64,000 nucleotides of DNA from a virus. Its lineage: Duplodnaviria > Heunggongvirae > Uroviricota > Caudoviricetes. The stretch lies in IMG/VR virus record IMGVR_UViG_3300035701_000012. One strand, written 5' to 3'. A program made the position numbers and the translations under genes. The notes below the pieces were generated by a model. That model ran no database searches, was not told where the DNA came from, and worked only from the letters and a program-made list of their open reading frames with translations. This document shows, in pieces, positions 18,340-28,309 of this stretch (position 1 is the first letter of the stretch; each line of letters opens with the position of its first letter).

Positions 18340-18651
18340 ATGACAAAATACAGATTATCATGGTCAGGACATAGTTTTTATAGTGGAAGTTTCAATACAT
18401 CGAGAGATTTTGATAGCCTCAAAGAAGCAGAATCTTTTATAAAAAAAGACCTCATTAAAAATGGTGATGTTGACATGATACATGAAATAATAAAATTCAC
18501 TCCAGCAAAACAAGTCCGTATGTCAAGAGATTGTATGATAGGCAAACATGATTTTGAAAGAAATGAAGGTCGTAGTGGTCGTGGTTGTGATGAAAGAAGA
18601 AGTTGTTCATGTAAATGTCATGAAGCTGCTATATTTAGTGAAAAACTTTGA
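18340..18651 (+). CDS. hypothetical protein
   Basis: ORF; C-terminal C...CSCKCH. Confidence 0.4.
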   Translation: MTKYRLSWSGHSFYSGSFNTSRDFDSLKEAESFIKKDLIKNGDVDMIHEIIKFTPAKQVRMSRDCMIGKHDFERNEGRSGRGCDERRSCSCKCHEAAIFSEKL

Positions 18652-18852
18652 AATAGGCGATAAAAAATGACTCAGATACCTGAAATTCATGTTTATGCCA
18701 ACGGAAAAGAGGACAAAGAACTATCTGAAAAGCTATCAAAAAAGATATTTCAGGCATCTGTAATATGCAATGAAACGAGATTGAAGATATTGACCGCATT
18801 GTTAATATCTGATGTTTTAGAAAAAGAAGCACAAGAAAAAAAGGTGAAATGA

Positions 18853-19104
18853 ATGGGGTATTTCAGTAATGGAACAGAAGGAGATTATTATCAAGAAGCA
18901 CATTGTAGTAAATGTGTTAATTGGATGCAGCGAGATGGAGAATCAATAGAAGGTTGTGCAGTGTGGGATTTGCATATCCTGTATGCGTATGGTTTGTGTA
19001 ACAGTAAGTCGAAAGGCAAGAAGATGCTTGACCATCTGATTCCGAGAAACAAGAAGACCGGGTTCAATGAAAGATGTAAAATGTTTTTTAAGAAAAGTGA
19101 TTGA
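18853..19104 (+). CDS. Cys-rich hypothetical protein
   Basis: ORF. Confidence 0.35.
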   Translation: MGYFSNGTEGDYYQEAHCSKCVNWMQRDGESIEGCAVWDLHILYAYGLCNSKSKGKKMLDHLIPRNKKTGFNERCKMFFKKSD

Positions 19105-19519
19105 AATGAAAATCGTGATAAATTCGTGCTATGGTGGATTCGGATTGAGTTATGAAGCGGTCATGTTATATGCCAAACTGAAAGGAATCAAGCTTTATGC
19201 TTTTCAAAGAAAGGTAGATAAAAAATCATTAACGTTTGAAAAATGTATTCCATACAAAAAAGGCGATAAAGCGTTCATGATTAGTTATTCTACTAAACCA
19301 CTGAAAGACGGAAAATATGAGAAAGACAGTTATTTTTTGGAAATAGACATTGAAAGAAATGACCCTGCTCTCGTCAAAGTTGTAGAAACACTCGGAAAAA
19401 AAGCAAGTGGGGATTGTGCTGAACTCAGAATTGTGGAAATTCCAAAAGGAATTAAATGGTCAATTGATGAATATGATGGTATAGAAAGTATTCATGAAGA
19501 ACATAGGAGTTGGAGTTGA
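19067..19519 (+). CDS. hypothetical protein (start possibly ATG 19097)
   Basis: ORF. Confidence 0.45.
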   Translation: MKDVKCFLRKVIEMKIVINSCYGGFGLSYEAVMLYAKLKGIKLYAFQRKVDKKSLTFEKCIPYKKGDKAFMISYSTKPLKDGKYEKDSYFLEIDIERNDPALVKVVETLGKKASGDCAELRIVEIPKGIKWSIDEYDGIESIHEEHRSWS

Positions 19520-19591
19520 AATGGATGGATGGTTCGTTTTTGATATTTTTTGTTATGATTTGGATTCCGATATGGCTGTTAATCATAGAAG

Positions 19592-20164
19592 ATGATGATG
19601 AAGAGGATGATTGATTTCATGCAATTCCAACGAGAAGAAATCATTGAAAAATTGGCACAATTGGAGCATGACCAATGGAGAGAATGGTCGCAAGAAATAA
19701 GTAATTCTGAAAAGATTTCTCCAAAGAGACTGGAAAGATGGGAAAGAGTTTGGAGACCATATCATTATTTGACAGAAGAAGAAAAAGAACAAGATAGATT
19801 CTGGGCAAGAAAAGTTCTCGAAATATTTGAAGATACATGGACTTTTTCAGGTTCATCCGAAATTCCAAAAACAAAATGTAAGTCATGTTGTCTTCATCGA
19901 GAACTCGAATTCTGTAGGGAATGTTATACGAAGGAAAATATAATTCTCAAAATGAAATTCAAACGACAAGCTTTCAAGAAATATGGGAAAAATTGTTCTG
20001 AATGCCACAAAAATCTTTCACAATTGATTAAATTGAAGATACCGCTTACAATACATCATATTGACCCGGATGGAGAGAGATTCGATTTGAATAATGTCCG
20101 TGTTGTTTGCAGGAAATGTCATGATAAATTGGACAGTGAGCCAAATGAAAAAGAGACCGTTTGA
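19592..20164 (+). CDS. HNH endonuclease
   Basis: CSECHK...IHHIDPDGERFDLNNVRVVCRKCHDKLD fits HH-x-N-x-CxxCH. Confidence 0.7.
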   Translation: MMMKRMIDFMQFQREEIIEKLAQLEHDQWREWSQEISNSEKISPKRLERWERVWRPYHYLTEEEKEQDRFWARKVLEIFEDTWTFSGSSEIPKTKCKSCCLHRELEFCRECYTKENIILKMKFKRQAFKKYGKNCSECHKNLSQLIKLKIPLTIHHIDPDGERFDLNNVRVVCRKCHDKLDSEPNEKETV

Positions 20165-20226
20165 TGATTGGGGAAAGATGAGATTCGGTTGGTTTTGTCC
20201 ATTGTGTAAAAGAAATCATCCAAAAG

Positions 20227-20865
20227 GTGAAAAATGTGAAAAAGAAACTGTTGAATGAGAAAGAATGCATCAAATTATGGGCAGAGGATGTGAATGTATT
20301 AGAAGATATGATAGACAGCAACAGACCTGAAGATTATCTGATAAGCAATCCAAAAACAGTGAAACGCACTGAACATCTTGTTAGATTGCTCAAAGAAATG
20401 CACAATAAAGGCTACCAATTCAGTTCATTGCACGAAATCGGTTGCAATGTCGGTAGAAATCTTATTGCCATCAAAAAGCAATTTACTGAAATGAAACTAA
20501 GCGGTAATGATGTGAATGCCAAAGCGTTTGCAGTCGGTGACAAGTTCTATGGTAAAGACATGAATGGAATAACGCTTTGGTTAGAATCTACTCAGGATTT
20601 TATCAGGCGTAAGGTTCATTTTGATGTTGTAATATCAATGGCTCACATCTTGCATCTTCCACATAGTTGTGATGAGTTGCTCAAGAAAAGATTGCCTGAA
20701 ATCTGCAATATTTTGATACTTTATGAGCCTAAACAGAACCATGATGATTCGTATATTTTTGGAAGAGACTTTCCGAAGTTTTTCGGTATCAAGCCGATAA
20801 AGAAGTTTTGGCGACCTGTGAGAGAAATCAACCGGGCTTATGTATTTGATTTTAGGAGGAATTAA
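20227..20865 (+). CDS. class I SAM-dependent methyltransferase-like protein
   Basis: motif I LHEIGCNVGRNL (E/DhGxGxG); post-I hydrophobic/acidic strand HFDVVIS. Confidence 0.5.
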   Translation: MKNVKKKLLNEKECIKLWAEDVNVLEDMIDSNRPEDYLISNPKTVKRTEHLVRLLKEMHNKGYQFSSLHEIGCNVGRNLIAIKKQFTEMKLSGNDVNAKAFAVGDKFYGKDMNGITLWLESTQDFIRRKVHFDVVISMAHILHLPHSCDELLKKRLPEICNILILYEPKQNHDDSYIFGRDFPKFFGIKPIKKFWRPVREINRAYVFDFRRN

Positions 20866-21156
20866 AATGAAATGGATAATTGTGGGATTTGAACATCCGA
20901 ACAAAACAAAATCATTAATCTACAGGCAAAATGTAAGTGATGAAAAACTTGGAGAAGTGATAAAACAAGGAATAGAAAAGGGATGTAATCTCTTTTCAAT
21001 AAGAGGTTTTAATCCGTAAACATTACCACGTTGATATACCCTCTATGGTAAACAGTTTCCACCGTGGAAGTGGCGGAATATGAAATGTGAGATTTGCGGA
21101 AAGGAAATCAGAACTTATATGGGAATGAAGATACATACGGCAAGGAGGCATAAATA

Positions 21157-21408
21157 ATGATAAGAATCCTACCTGAATGGTATTGTCAAGAGAGAAAAAA
21201 GTTGGAAGATTTAGTCAAAGATATTTCGGTCAGACAAAATCTCAATTATCGTTTTGTTTTTGATAGCTTTGCGATAAAAGAAGCGATTGACATAATCATG
21301 AATACACTTGAAAGAATAAAGAGAGAATCAATTCCTGACATCTCAGATGAAGAAATTGCAAATTGGAACAAGCTTGGTAAAACTTTGAAAAAAGCAAAGA
21401 GGAAATGA
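21157..21408 (+). CDS. hypothetical protein
   Basis: ORF. Confidence 0.4.
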   Translation: MIRILPEWYCQERKKLEDLVKDISVRQNLNYRFVFDSFAIKEAIDIIMNTLERIKRESIPDISDEEIANWNKLGKTLKKAKRK

Positions 21409-21496
21409 TATGACCAACAAAGAAGCAAAGACAAAAATATTTTTAATATTTGCTACATTAAGTGTGTTGGCTTTGATGGCAATGATTATAAAATAG

Positions 21497-21823
21497 GTGA
21501 TAAACATGAGCAAAGAACCCGAAATAATTTGTAAATGTGGTCATGACCACTTGAAAGATTGGCACACTGGAATGCCACCACTTAGAGTAATCACTGATTG
21601 TCCATATCCAAAGTGTGATTGCAAACTGTTTGTTCATACTGAAGAGAGTTACATAAAAAATCTTGAATATTGGAGAGAAGAGTATCGAAATAGAATAAAA
21701 GCAATTAACAAAGAGTTGATAAAATTCTCAAAAATAGAACAAAACAGACCTATGGAATTCACCGAAGAATTTTGGGAAACAAGACCACCTGCTGAAGTAG
21801 ATAAAAGGAGGAGAAAAAAATGA
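21497..21823 (+). CDS. hypothetical protein with Cys/His cluster
   Basis: CKCGHDH...CPYPKCDCK. Confidence 0.4.
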   Translation: MINMSKEPEIICKCGHDHLKDWHTGMPPLRVITDCPYPKCDCKLFVHTEESYIKNLEYWREEYRNRIKAINKELIKFSKIEQNRPMEFTEEFWETRPPAEVDKRRRKK

Positions 21824-21958
21824 GAGGAGATGGAATAAGCATTTGGTATGAGATGTTTGCATTTGTCATACTCGCATTGTCTAATATATGGCTTGGGGTA
21901 ACTCTTGCAATATTTTTTGCTTTAGAAGAAGTTTTGATTGAGAGGAAGAGAGATGTAA

Positions 21959-22597
21959 ATGGAAATAAAAAACATAAAAATCCATGATATGCCCAAGATA
22001 GAATCACCATTCGTCAGAAAAATGATTGATGGTCGGTATCTTGTAACGCCTGAAATAGCCGAAGGAATGGAATGGGTTTTCGAGGATGAAAGCGTTATGG
22101 CTATTGAAAAATTAGATGGCACTTGTGTTTCTATCGTGGTTGAAGATGGGTATATCAGTAGCGTTTGGAATCGAAAGAACAGGATATTGCCTTTCAGCAA
22201 AGGCAATGAACACATCATAGAATCCATTCTGGAAGCCATGAAAAGAGGTTATACAGACCTTTCTGATGGTCAATGGTTTGGTGAAGTTATTGGTGAAAAA
22301 GTCAATGGAAATCCCTATAAAATCAAGGGTCATGTATGGATTCCGTTCAAAACTTTCACTGAAGAGCATCTTAGATACAAAGCGTGGGGTAAATATCCGA
22401 AAGATTTTGATACGATTTCTGCTTGGTTTAGGGATGATATTTTCTCGCTTCTACATAGGATGTGGAATCAATCTAAGACATTTCCTGAAGGTGTTGTATT
22501 TGTTCATCCAGATGGAAGAATGGGAAAACTCAGGCGAGATATGTTTTCATTTTGGTTTGAGCAAGGTGGAAAGGCGCATAAAAATGAAAACAAATGA
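21959..22597 (+). CDS. RNA-ligase-like covalent nucleotidyltransferase (Rnl family)
   Basis: motif I EKLDGT, motif III FGEVIGEK, motif IV EGVVFVHPDG, motif V-like GKLRRD. Confidence 0.5.
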   Translation: MEIKNIKIHDMPKIESPFVRKMIDGRYLVTPEIAEGMEWVFEDESVMAIEKLDGTCVSIVVEDGYISSVWNRKNRILPFSKGNEHIIESILEAMKRGYTDLSDGQWFGEVIGEKVNGNPYKIKGHVWIPFKTFTEEHLRYKAWGKYPKDFDTISAWFRDDIFSLLHRMWNQSKTFPEGVVFVHPDGRMGKLRRDMFSFWFEQGGKAHKNENK

Positions 22598-22793
22598 ACC
22601 TTTGATTTGGGAAAGCAAGAAAGAAAAGAAAAGCTGGAGAATCAAAGCAGTTATACGATTCAAGAATAAAGACGATTACGAGAAATGGAAGGAATATATG
22701 GAAACCTTTGACGAGCAATATCATATCATAGGCGAAAATAGAAAGAAAAAGGAAATAATCGTGAGAAGAATATTTCAAAGTGAGAAGAAGTGA
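22584..22793 (+). CDS. hypothetical 69-aa protein (track ORF 22266-22793 is an over-extension)
   Basis: ATG 22584 overlaps the stop of the upstream gene. Confidence 0.4.
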   Translation: MKTNEPLIWESKKEKKSWRIKAVIRFKNKDDYEKWKEYMETFDEQYHIIGENRKKKEIIVRRIFQSEKK

Positions 22794-22967
22794 TGAAAAT
22801 GACAACTTGCGAATGGTGTAAGGAAGAATGTGACGGAAAGAATGTTGTAATCATAGCAGGACTCGTAAGAGACAATGAATCTCCTGCAAGATTTCGAGTA
22901 TGTAATGATTGTTTGAATAATTATGCGGCAGAAGATTACGATAAAATAAAATTGAAAAAGTGATTGA

Positions 22968-23210
22968 ATGATACGAAAAGTCACAATAGAACAGGAAGTC
23001 AGAGTTTGTGATGTATGTGAAGAGCCGAAGGACAATTGGTCGGTAAGCACAAGATTACCTAATTGTTATATTTGTGGCAGGGAGTTGTGCTTCAATCACA
23101 CAAAAAGGATAGGAGATTTGGCGTTTTGTCCGGAACATCACAAAGATATTTGGGATGTTATACGCAACATTAAGAAACAATATGATGGTGGGATTAAAAA
23201 TGAAATGTAA
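22968..23210 (+). CDS. zinc-ribbon protein
   Basis: CDVCEE...CYICG...C. Confidence 0.4.
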   Translation: MIRKVTIEQEVRVCDVCEEPKDNWSVSTRLPNCYICGRELCFNHTKRIGDLAFCPEHHKDIWDVIRNIKKQYDGGIKNEM

Positions 23211-23352
23211 CGGATTGCATCCAAAACGAAACGAATGTGCTATATGTTTTGCTGAGAAACATGGTGAGATTTGTATAGACAAAAAGCGGAAGACTTATTT
23301 TGTTTGTGATGAACATTTGAAATGGTTTGATAAAAAGAAGGTGAAAAAATGA
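23200..23352 (+). CDS. zinc-finger micro-protein
   Basis: CAICFAEKHGEIC...CDEH. Confidence 0.4.
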   Translation: MKCNGLHPKRNECAICFAEKHGEICIDKKRKTYFVCDEHLKWFDKKKVKK

Positions 23353-23706
23353 AACCAAAAAAGACTTTCGAGGGATGGATGCATATTCCAATGAAAAATA
23401 ATTATGATTACATATTTAGAACCAAGAAAGATGCCAAAGATACATTGTGTGTTCATGCTCACAAAGGTATCAAAAAAGTTCGCATCGAGGTGCTGGAATG
23501 AAAACTAAATTTGAAAATGAAACAATTGATGAGACTAATGTAGAATATGCTATTTACAAAGCTATTGAAAAATATGGTATTTTAGATAAAATATTTTGGT
23601 CTACAATAATAAGACTTTTGAAAGAAAAGTATCATTTTAAAGACAGTTTTCATGAAAATTTAACTGAACAAATAAAAAGATATGATAGTAAAAAGGTGAC
23701 TCGGAA

Positions 23707-23907
23707 ATGAAAGGATTTTCAGCGATAGCGGCTTTGGTTTTGGGAGTTTGTATAATCATAGCTGCCGGAATCGTGGTTGGAGCAGTAACCTTTCCTCAAG
23801 CGATTCACATGACTTGGACAATGTTGATATGGATAGTCGCAGGAACTTTGATTTTTCTCGGAATCATTTTTGCAATAATTATTATTGTAGCGTGGGCGAG
23901 TAAATGA
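23707..23907 (+). CDS. two-TM small membrane protein
   Basis: hydrophobic helices. Confidence 0.4.
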   Translation: MKGFSAIAALVLGVCIIIAAGIVVGAVTFPQAIHMTWTMLIWIVAGTLIFLGIIFAIIIIVAWASK

Positions 23908-24404
23908 AAAAAGATACGATTGAAAGAAAATATGTCAGAGATATGTCGTTTTTGGTAGTTTTGTTGATAATCATAATTTTTGCATTGCTGATAGGTATTC
24001 AGTCGAAAGATACCGAAATAGGAAGTTTACAATATAATGTGGCTCTGGAATCAAGAAGAATGGATGCAGTGAATGAAACAATCACTACGCAAAACAGGAT
24101 TATAGATACATTGATAGAGCTTTATGCTAACAAAACCTGTTATGATTTTCAGCCTGTTTTTCAGAACGTTTCTCAAAATGAATGGACAAATAATTTTACC
24201 TGCGTGAATTTCTCCGCAGAATTGAAAACTAAACTCAATAATCTTGGATATCAAGCGGAAGTTGTGCATGGCGATGTTCCTGCAAGATGTTTTGAAGGAG
24301 AATGTTATACTCGTCATGCTTTCGTAGAAATGTTTGTCGAACCTGAAACTGGACAATTTGTGAGAATCTCAGATGGTTATATTCCTGATGGAGTTGTATG
24401 TTGA
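23904..24404 (+). CDS. N-terminally membrane-anchored transglutaminase-like cysteine-protease-domain protein
   Basis: TCVNFSAEL...LGYQAEVVHG...HAFVEMFVEPETGQFVRISDG matches the Cys-His-Asp core. Confidence 0.5.
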   Translation: MKKDTIERKYVRDMSFLVVLLIIIIFALLIGIQSKDTEIGSLQYNVALESRRMDAVNETITTQNRIIDTLIELYANKTCYDFQPVFQNVSQNEWTNNFTCVNFSAELKTKLNNLGYQAEVVHGDVPARCFEGECYTRHAFVEMFVEPETGQFVRISDGYIPDGVVC

Positions 24405-24709
24405 TGAAGAAAAATATTTTTATGTTGCTTATGATAATTATAGCAATAACTATTTTGTTAAGTTTAGGATATGTTGCTTTTATATTGTATTATTCTGCAT
24501 CTATTTCAGAAAATAATTCATTGGAAAAACAGTGTTATAGTTATCGTCATGATAGTTTTGGAGGAAGTAATTTTCATTTTACAAAAGAAGTTTGCAATGA
24601 TGATTTTTATTCAAGTTGCAATGTTACTGGAGGTATCATGAAATATAATGTAAATGTTGGAAATCAATATGAAGAATGGTTAGAAGACCAATGTTGGTGG
24701 AAATCATGA
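24398..24709 (+). CDS. membrane-anchored Cys-rich protein
   Basis: N-terminal TM then 5 Cys. Confidence 0.4.
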   Translation: MLMKKNIFMLLMIIIAITILLSLGYVAFILYYSASISENNSLEKQCYSYRHDSFGGSNFHFTKEVCNDDFYSSCNVTGGIMKYNVNVGNQYEEWLEDQCWWKS

Positions 24710-24734
24710 AAAAACATAAACATAATGGAGTTGT

Positions 24735-25004
24735 ATGCTGATGGATAAACAAGACAAGATGTGGATTGGAATGATGTTGATTTGGATACCAGTATTAGCA
24801 ATATTTTCAGATGTTATGCACATCAATGTTTATTATCCTGAAATTCCTGTAGACATGACTTTGATTAGTGCTGGAATTTTAGTTTTCATGATAGGTTCAT
24901 ATTTGGTTTATTCAACAAGTTGGAAAGAAGATGAACCCGAATCGAGATACCATTATTATCGTTCAGGTCGTATAATAAAAAGAAGGAAGGCGATTAAAAA
25001 ATGA
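24735..25004 (+). CDS. small membrane protein
   Basis: two hydrophobic helices. Confidence 0.4.
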   Translation: MLMDKQDKMWIGMMLIWIPVLAIFSDVMHINVYYPEIPVDMTLISAGILVFMIGSYLVYSTSWKEDEPESRYHYYRSGRIIKRRKAIKK

Positions 25005-25378
25005 AATGTGTTGTTTGCAATAAAAATATAAAATGGCTTGAGACCTTTGTTAAAATTAGGGATGATTATGATTGGGATTATAGTTGTATTAAATCTCATG
25101 TAGATATGGATGAATCTGTTATTTGCGAAGACTGTAATCAGAAAAGAGTTGCATTGAATATGCATCCCTCATGTTTTTTAAAGACATTTGTAAAGGTGAA
25201 CAAAAAATGAAACCTCACAAACATAAATGGAAAGAAGATGAGATGTTCAAATCTGGTGCGGTGACAATGTTATGTGGAAATGCCAAAGATTTTTTGTCTG
25301 ACCCGATGTCTTGCCGAGAAATGAGAATGATTTGCAAATGTGGAGCTTTCAAATACGTTAAAATTAAGCGGTGATTTT

Positions 25379-25717
25379 ATGGTAACAGCATATTGTATCA
25401 AATGTAAGAAACCGATAAGAGACAGTTTTCATAATTTCAAAGATGTGTGCAGATGTGATGATTTTGCTTCAATAGAAAATTCCCGGTATTTGATAAAAAT
25501 ACCGAGACATCTCATAAGAAAAGATGCAAAACCTTTGGATTTGTTGCGAATAGAAGTTACTATCAAAAGAAAGAAAAGAAAAAATATGAATGAAAAGTTC
25601 GCTTTAGATGTGATACAATCTGCTGACACCGAGATTTTAGCAGGAACGGATTTATTCAAGCATAAATATTCTTTCAAAGAGGTCGAAAAGATAATAGAAG
25701 AAGCGAGAAAAAGGTGA
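25379..25717 (+). CDS. hypothetical Cys-containing protein (ATG 25379 preferred over the track GTG 25340)
   Basis: GGTGAT SD 4 nt upstream of ATG. Confidence 0.4.
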   Translation: MVTAYCIKCKKPIRDSFHNFKDVCRCDDFASIENSRYLIKIPRHLIRKDAKPLDLLRIEVTIKRKKRKNMNEKFALDVIQSADTEILAGTDLFKHKYSFKEVEKIIEEARKR

Positions 25718-25724
25718 AATATTC

Positions 25725-26441
25725 ATGAATGAAGAACTCAAAAAAAGATTAGAAAAATTGGAAGAACAGGGTCATGACGATGAATTTTTAGCAGGATTCA
25801 AAGTAGGATTTGAAGAGGGCAGAATCAACGTCATGGATGAACATGGTATCCTTTATGGCGAGGATGCCAAGAATTTCATTGAAGACATTGAACGCAACAA
25901 CAAACGAGCCGAAGAAATCAGGAATGGTGCGGAACTTACGCCTGAAGAAAAGGAATGGAGAGATAGTCTTCTTCAGGTCAGAGGAATCGTAGAACGGTCA
26001 GAAATGGAAGCAAAATTATCACCCGAAGATAAAGCAATGCTCGACCATGTGCGTAAAGTCATGAAAAAGGTAGCCCAAACAAGCTATTTTCACTGTCCGC
26101 AGTGTGGCGAACCTGCTCATGATGACCATTTTGGTTATAATCCGCCTGTTCCTGAGTGTGATAAATGTGGTCATTACTGCAATTGGCAGAATCCCGAAGA
26201 AGAATTCAGTGGACTAAAAGCTAAATATAATGAGATATTTGAGAAACAAAAAACAAGAAAAGAAGAATGGGAAGGAAATAAAAATGTAAAAATAGAGCCA
26301 CCAATAGATTGGTATGCTTTCGGTTTGTTCGATGGCGGAAAGCCTGAATTAATAGAACTTTATAGAAAAACTGAACTATGCAGGAAACTGTTAGAAGAAT
26401 TGAGAAAGGAGGAGAATAAAAATGCGATTAGTAAAACATAG
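25725..26441 (+). CDS. hypothetical protein with zinc-ribbon
   Basis: CPQCGE...CDKCGHYC. Confidence 0.5.
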   Translation: MNEELKKRLEKLEEQGHDDEFLAGFKVGFEEGRINVMDEHGILYGEDAKNFIEDIERNNKRAEEIRNGAELTPEEKEWRDSLLQVRGIVERSEMEAKLSPEDKAMLDHVRKVMKKVAQTSYFHCPQCGEPAHDDHFGYNPPVPECDKCGHYCNWQNPEEEFSGLKAKYNEIFEKQKTRKEEWEGNKNVKIEPPIDWYAFGLFDGGKPELIELYRKTELCRKLLEELRKEENKNAISKT

Positions 26442-26733
26442 GACAAAAGTAAATAAACGATTCAGAAGAAAACGTAAATTTAACAGACACATCAGAAATG
26501 AAGACAAACCAGTCCTTGTTGTCAGCAAACCTACCAGAGAGCAAAGAGAGGATGATATTTGGAAAGATTCTTTCAATGATGGCAGATTGGCTGCCGATAG
26601 AAAATGGATTGAAGCAATTAATGATAGAATAAAAGAGCTTGAAATTCAGGTAGGTATTCCTGAACTCAAAAAATTGAAGGAGAGAACAAAATATAAATGG
26701 AAGGAGGAAGATGAAAATGAAGCACGAACATGA
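26422..26733 (+). CDS. basic hypothetical protein
   Basis: ORF. Confidence 0.4.
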   Translation: MRLVKHRTKVNKRFRRKRKFNRHIRNEDKPVLVVSKPTREQREDDIWKDSFNDGRLAADRKWIEAINDRIKELEIQVGIPELKKLKERTKYKWKEEDENEART

Positions 26734-26832
26734 ATGGAATTTGCATCAATCGGGATTTCACAACAAGGAAGGAAAACGTTATGCAACTTTTATCTGCCAT
26801 TGTGGTGAAATGAAAATATCAAGGTTGAAAGA

Positions 26833-27048
26833 ATGAAAAACGATGACAATTTAAAGAAATGGTTTTGGAATTTGAATGAGGCATTTTATGTAATTACTCT
26901 CATCGGTGGAATGTTGGTCATACCATTTTTAATATTACATTTTCCATTAACGGCAGGGATACTCTTAGCTCTTGCTTGGATTTTCATCATGCCATATTAT
27001 TTTCCTAATAAGCATTTCGAGAAATATAAAAAGAGTGTGAAAAAATGA
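26833..27048 (+). CDS. small membrane protein
   Basis: two TM helices. Confidence 0.4.
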   Translation: MKNDDNLKKWFWNLNEAFYVITLIGGMLVIPFLILHFPLTAGILLALAWIFIMPYYFPNKHFEKYKKSVKK

Positions 27049-27171
27049 AATGCAAAAACTGTAATAGTTTGATGTTGCAATGCTTTGCAGATGATATTCA
27101 TTATTATTGGTTTTGCAATTGCGACTATGATGGCAACGACCAAATAAAAAAAGGTGTATGGAGTTGGATGA

Positions 27172-27393
27172 ATGAACATCGAAAAATACCGTCTTTGCCG
27201 GTATCATAAAGGCAGACCTGTAACCAAATGTCAGCTTTGTGTTCAATACAAAGTTACCAAAGCGAGAGAAGAGGGCATCGAAATAGGAAAAAAACTCACG
27301 ACAGAACAATATGACAAAGTTGATAAAATACTCAAAGACCTTGCGAAAAGAGTTGATGCTATAGAACTGAGATACAATGCAATAAAAATATGA
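27172..27393 (+). CDS. hypothetical protein
   Basis: ORF; CRYHKGRPVTKCQLC. Confidence 0.35.
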   Translation: MNIEKYRLCRYHKGRPVTKCQLCVQYKVTKAREEGIEIGKKLTTEQYDKVDKILKDLAKRVDAIELRYNAIKI

Positions 27394-27446
27394 GGCGATA
27401 AAAATGATGCTTTGGGAAACTCTTGTTATGGTGATATGTAGTATTT

Positions 27447-27998
27447 TTGATGGAATATTCATCGGATGGATGTGGTGTGAAGGTCATTATCATGTTTGGT
27501 CAAATATCAAAAAAGGTGAAAATAATGGGAATATTTGATGAAGTAACTGTGAAAGTATATTGTCCGAGATGTATGACCGAGACTGAATGGGTTGTGCAAT
27601 TCAAGTGGGAACACAACATAATGAGCAAATTTAAGGTCGGAGATTTCTTAGGAAAAGGCATCAGAAGAGATTTGTGGAAGGAAATCAAAAATGTATCTTT
27701 CAAAGCGGATGGTATTGGCGATTGTAAAAATTGCCGGGACAATGACCATATCGTATATTGGCACTTCAAAGAAAAACACGCTTTAAATGAAGGGTGTAAA
27801 GGCATTATGATTGAAAAGAAAAAAGGTAAAATCATTTGTTTGTTCGGTGCTTGTAATTGCGGTAAACTCGGAAAAATATGCGAAGAAAAAAGATTGGGAT
27901 ATTGGTTTCAAGATTTTTGGGTTGTAGTCAGAAAAGGAAAGATTGTAAGAGTCTATAAACAAGATTCTCCTATAAAATTCAGTGTTCATTCAGCGTGA
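27447..27998 (+). CDS. Cys-rich hypothetical protein
   Basis: CPRC...CKNC...C...CNCGK. Confidence 0.45.
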   Translation: MMEYSSDGCGVKVIIMFGQISKKVKIMGIFDEVTVKVYCPRCMTETEWVVQFKWEHNIMSKFKVGDFLGKGIRRDLWKEIKNVSFKADGIGDCKNCRDNDHIVYWHFKEKHALNEGCKGIMIEKKKGKIICLFGACNCGKLGKICEEKRLGYWFQDFWVVVRKGKIVRVYKQDSPIKFSVHSA

Positions 27999-28309
27999 TT
28001 CTCATGAAACTGCGAACAGCCAATATAGTTTTATTGATGGTATTTCTCACATTTATTTTTATGGTCGGATTGTGGACTGTAGATGTCTCAGTCTCTTCAA
28101 TCGCTTTGAATTCAGGAAACACCGAAAATGTAATCGTTCAAAGTATGTTTGTTAATTTCACTCCGAGAATATCCTACCATATAGGATTATTGCTTTCAAC
28201 CGTAGCCTTTTTATCAATTACATTCATATTAATCATAATCTGTTTTGAGAATGGTGATAAAATTGAAAAAACTCAAAAAATGTCCGGAATGCGGAAACAA
28301 AGATATTGA
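27995..28309 (+). CDS. membrane protein
   Basis: two to three TM helices. Confidence 0.45.
   Translation: MILMKLRTANIVLLMVFLTFIFMVGLWTVDVSVSSIALNSGNTENVIVQSMFVNFTPRISYHIGLLLSTVAFLSITFILIIICFENGDKIEKTQKMSGMRKQRY

Noticed and set aside
22266-22793. 175-aa ORF overlapping the RNA-ligase-like gene in another frame
   Set aside because: The first 106 codons overlap the well-supported 21959-22597 gene and translate to low-complexity sequence; only the segment from ATG 22584 is plausible.
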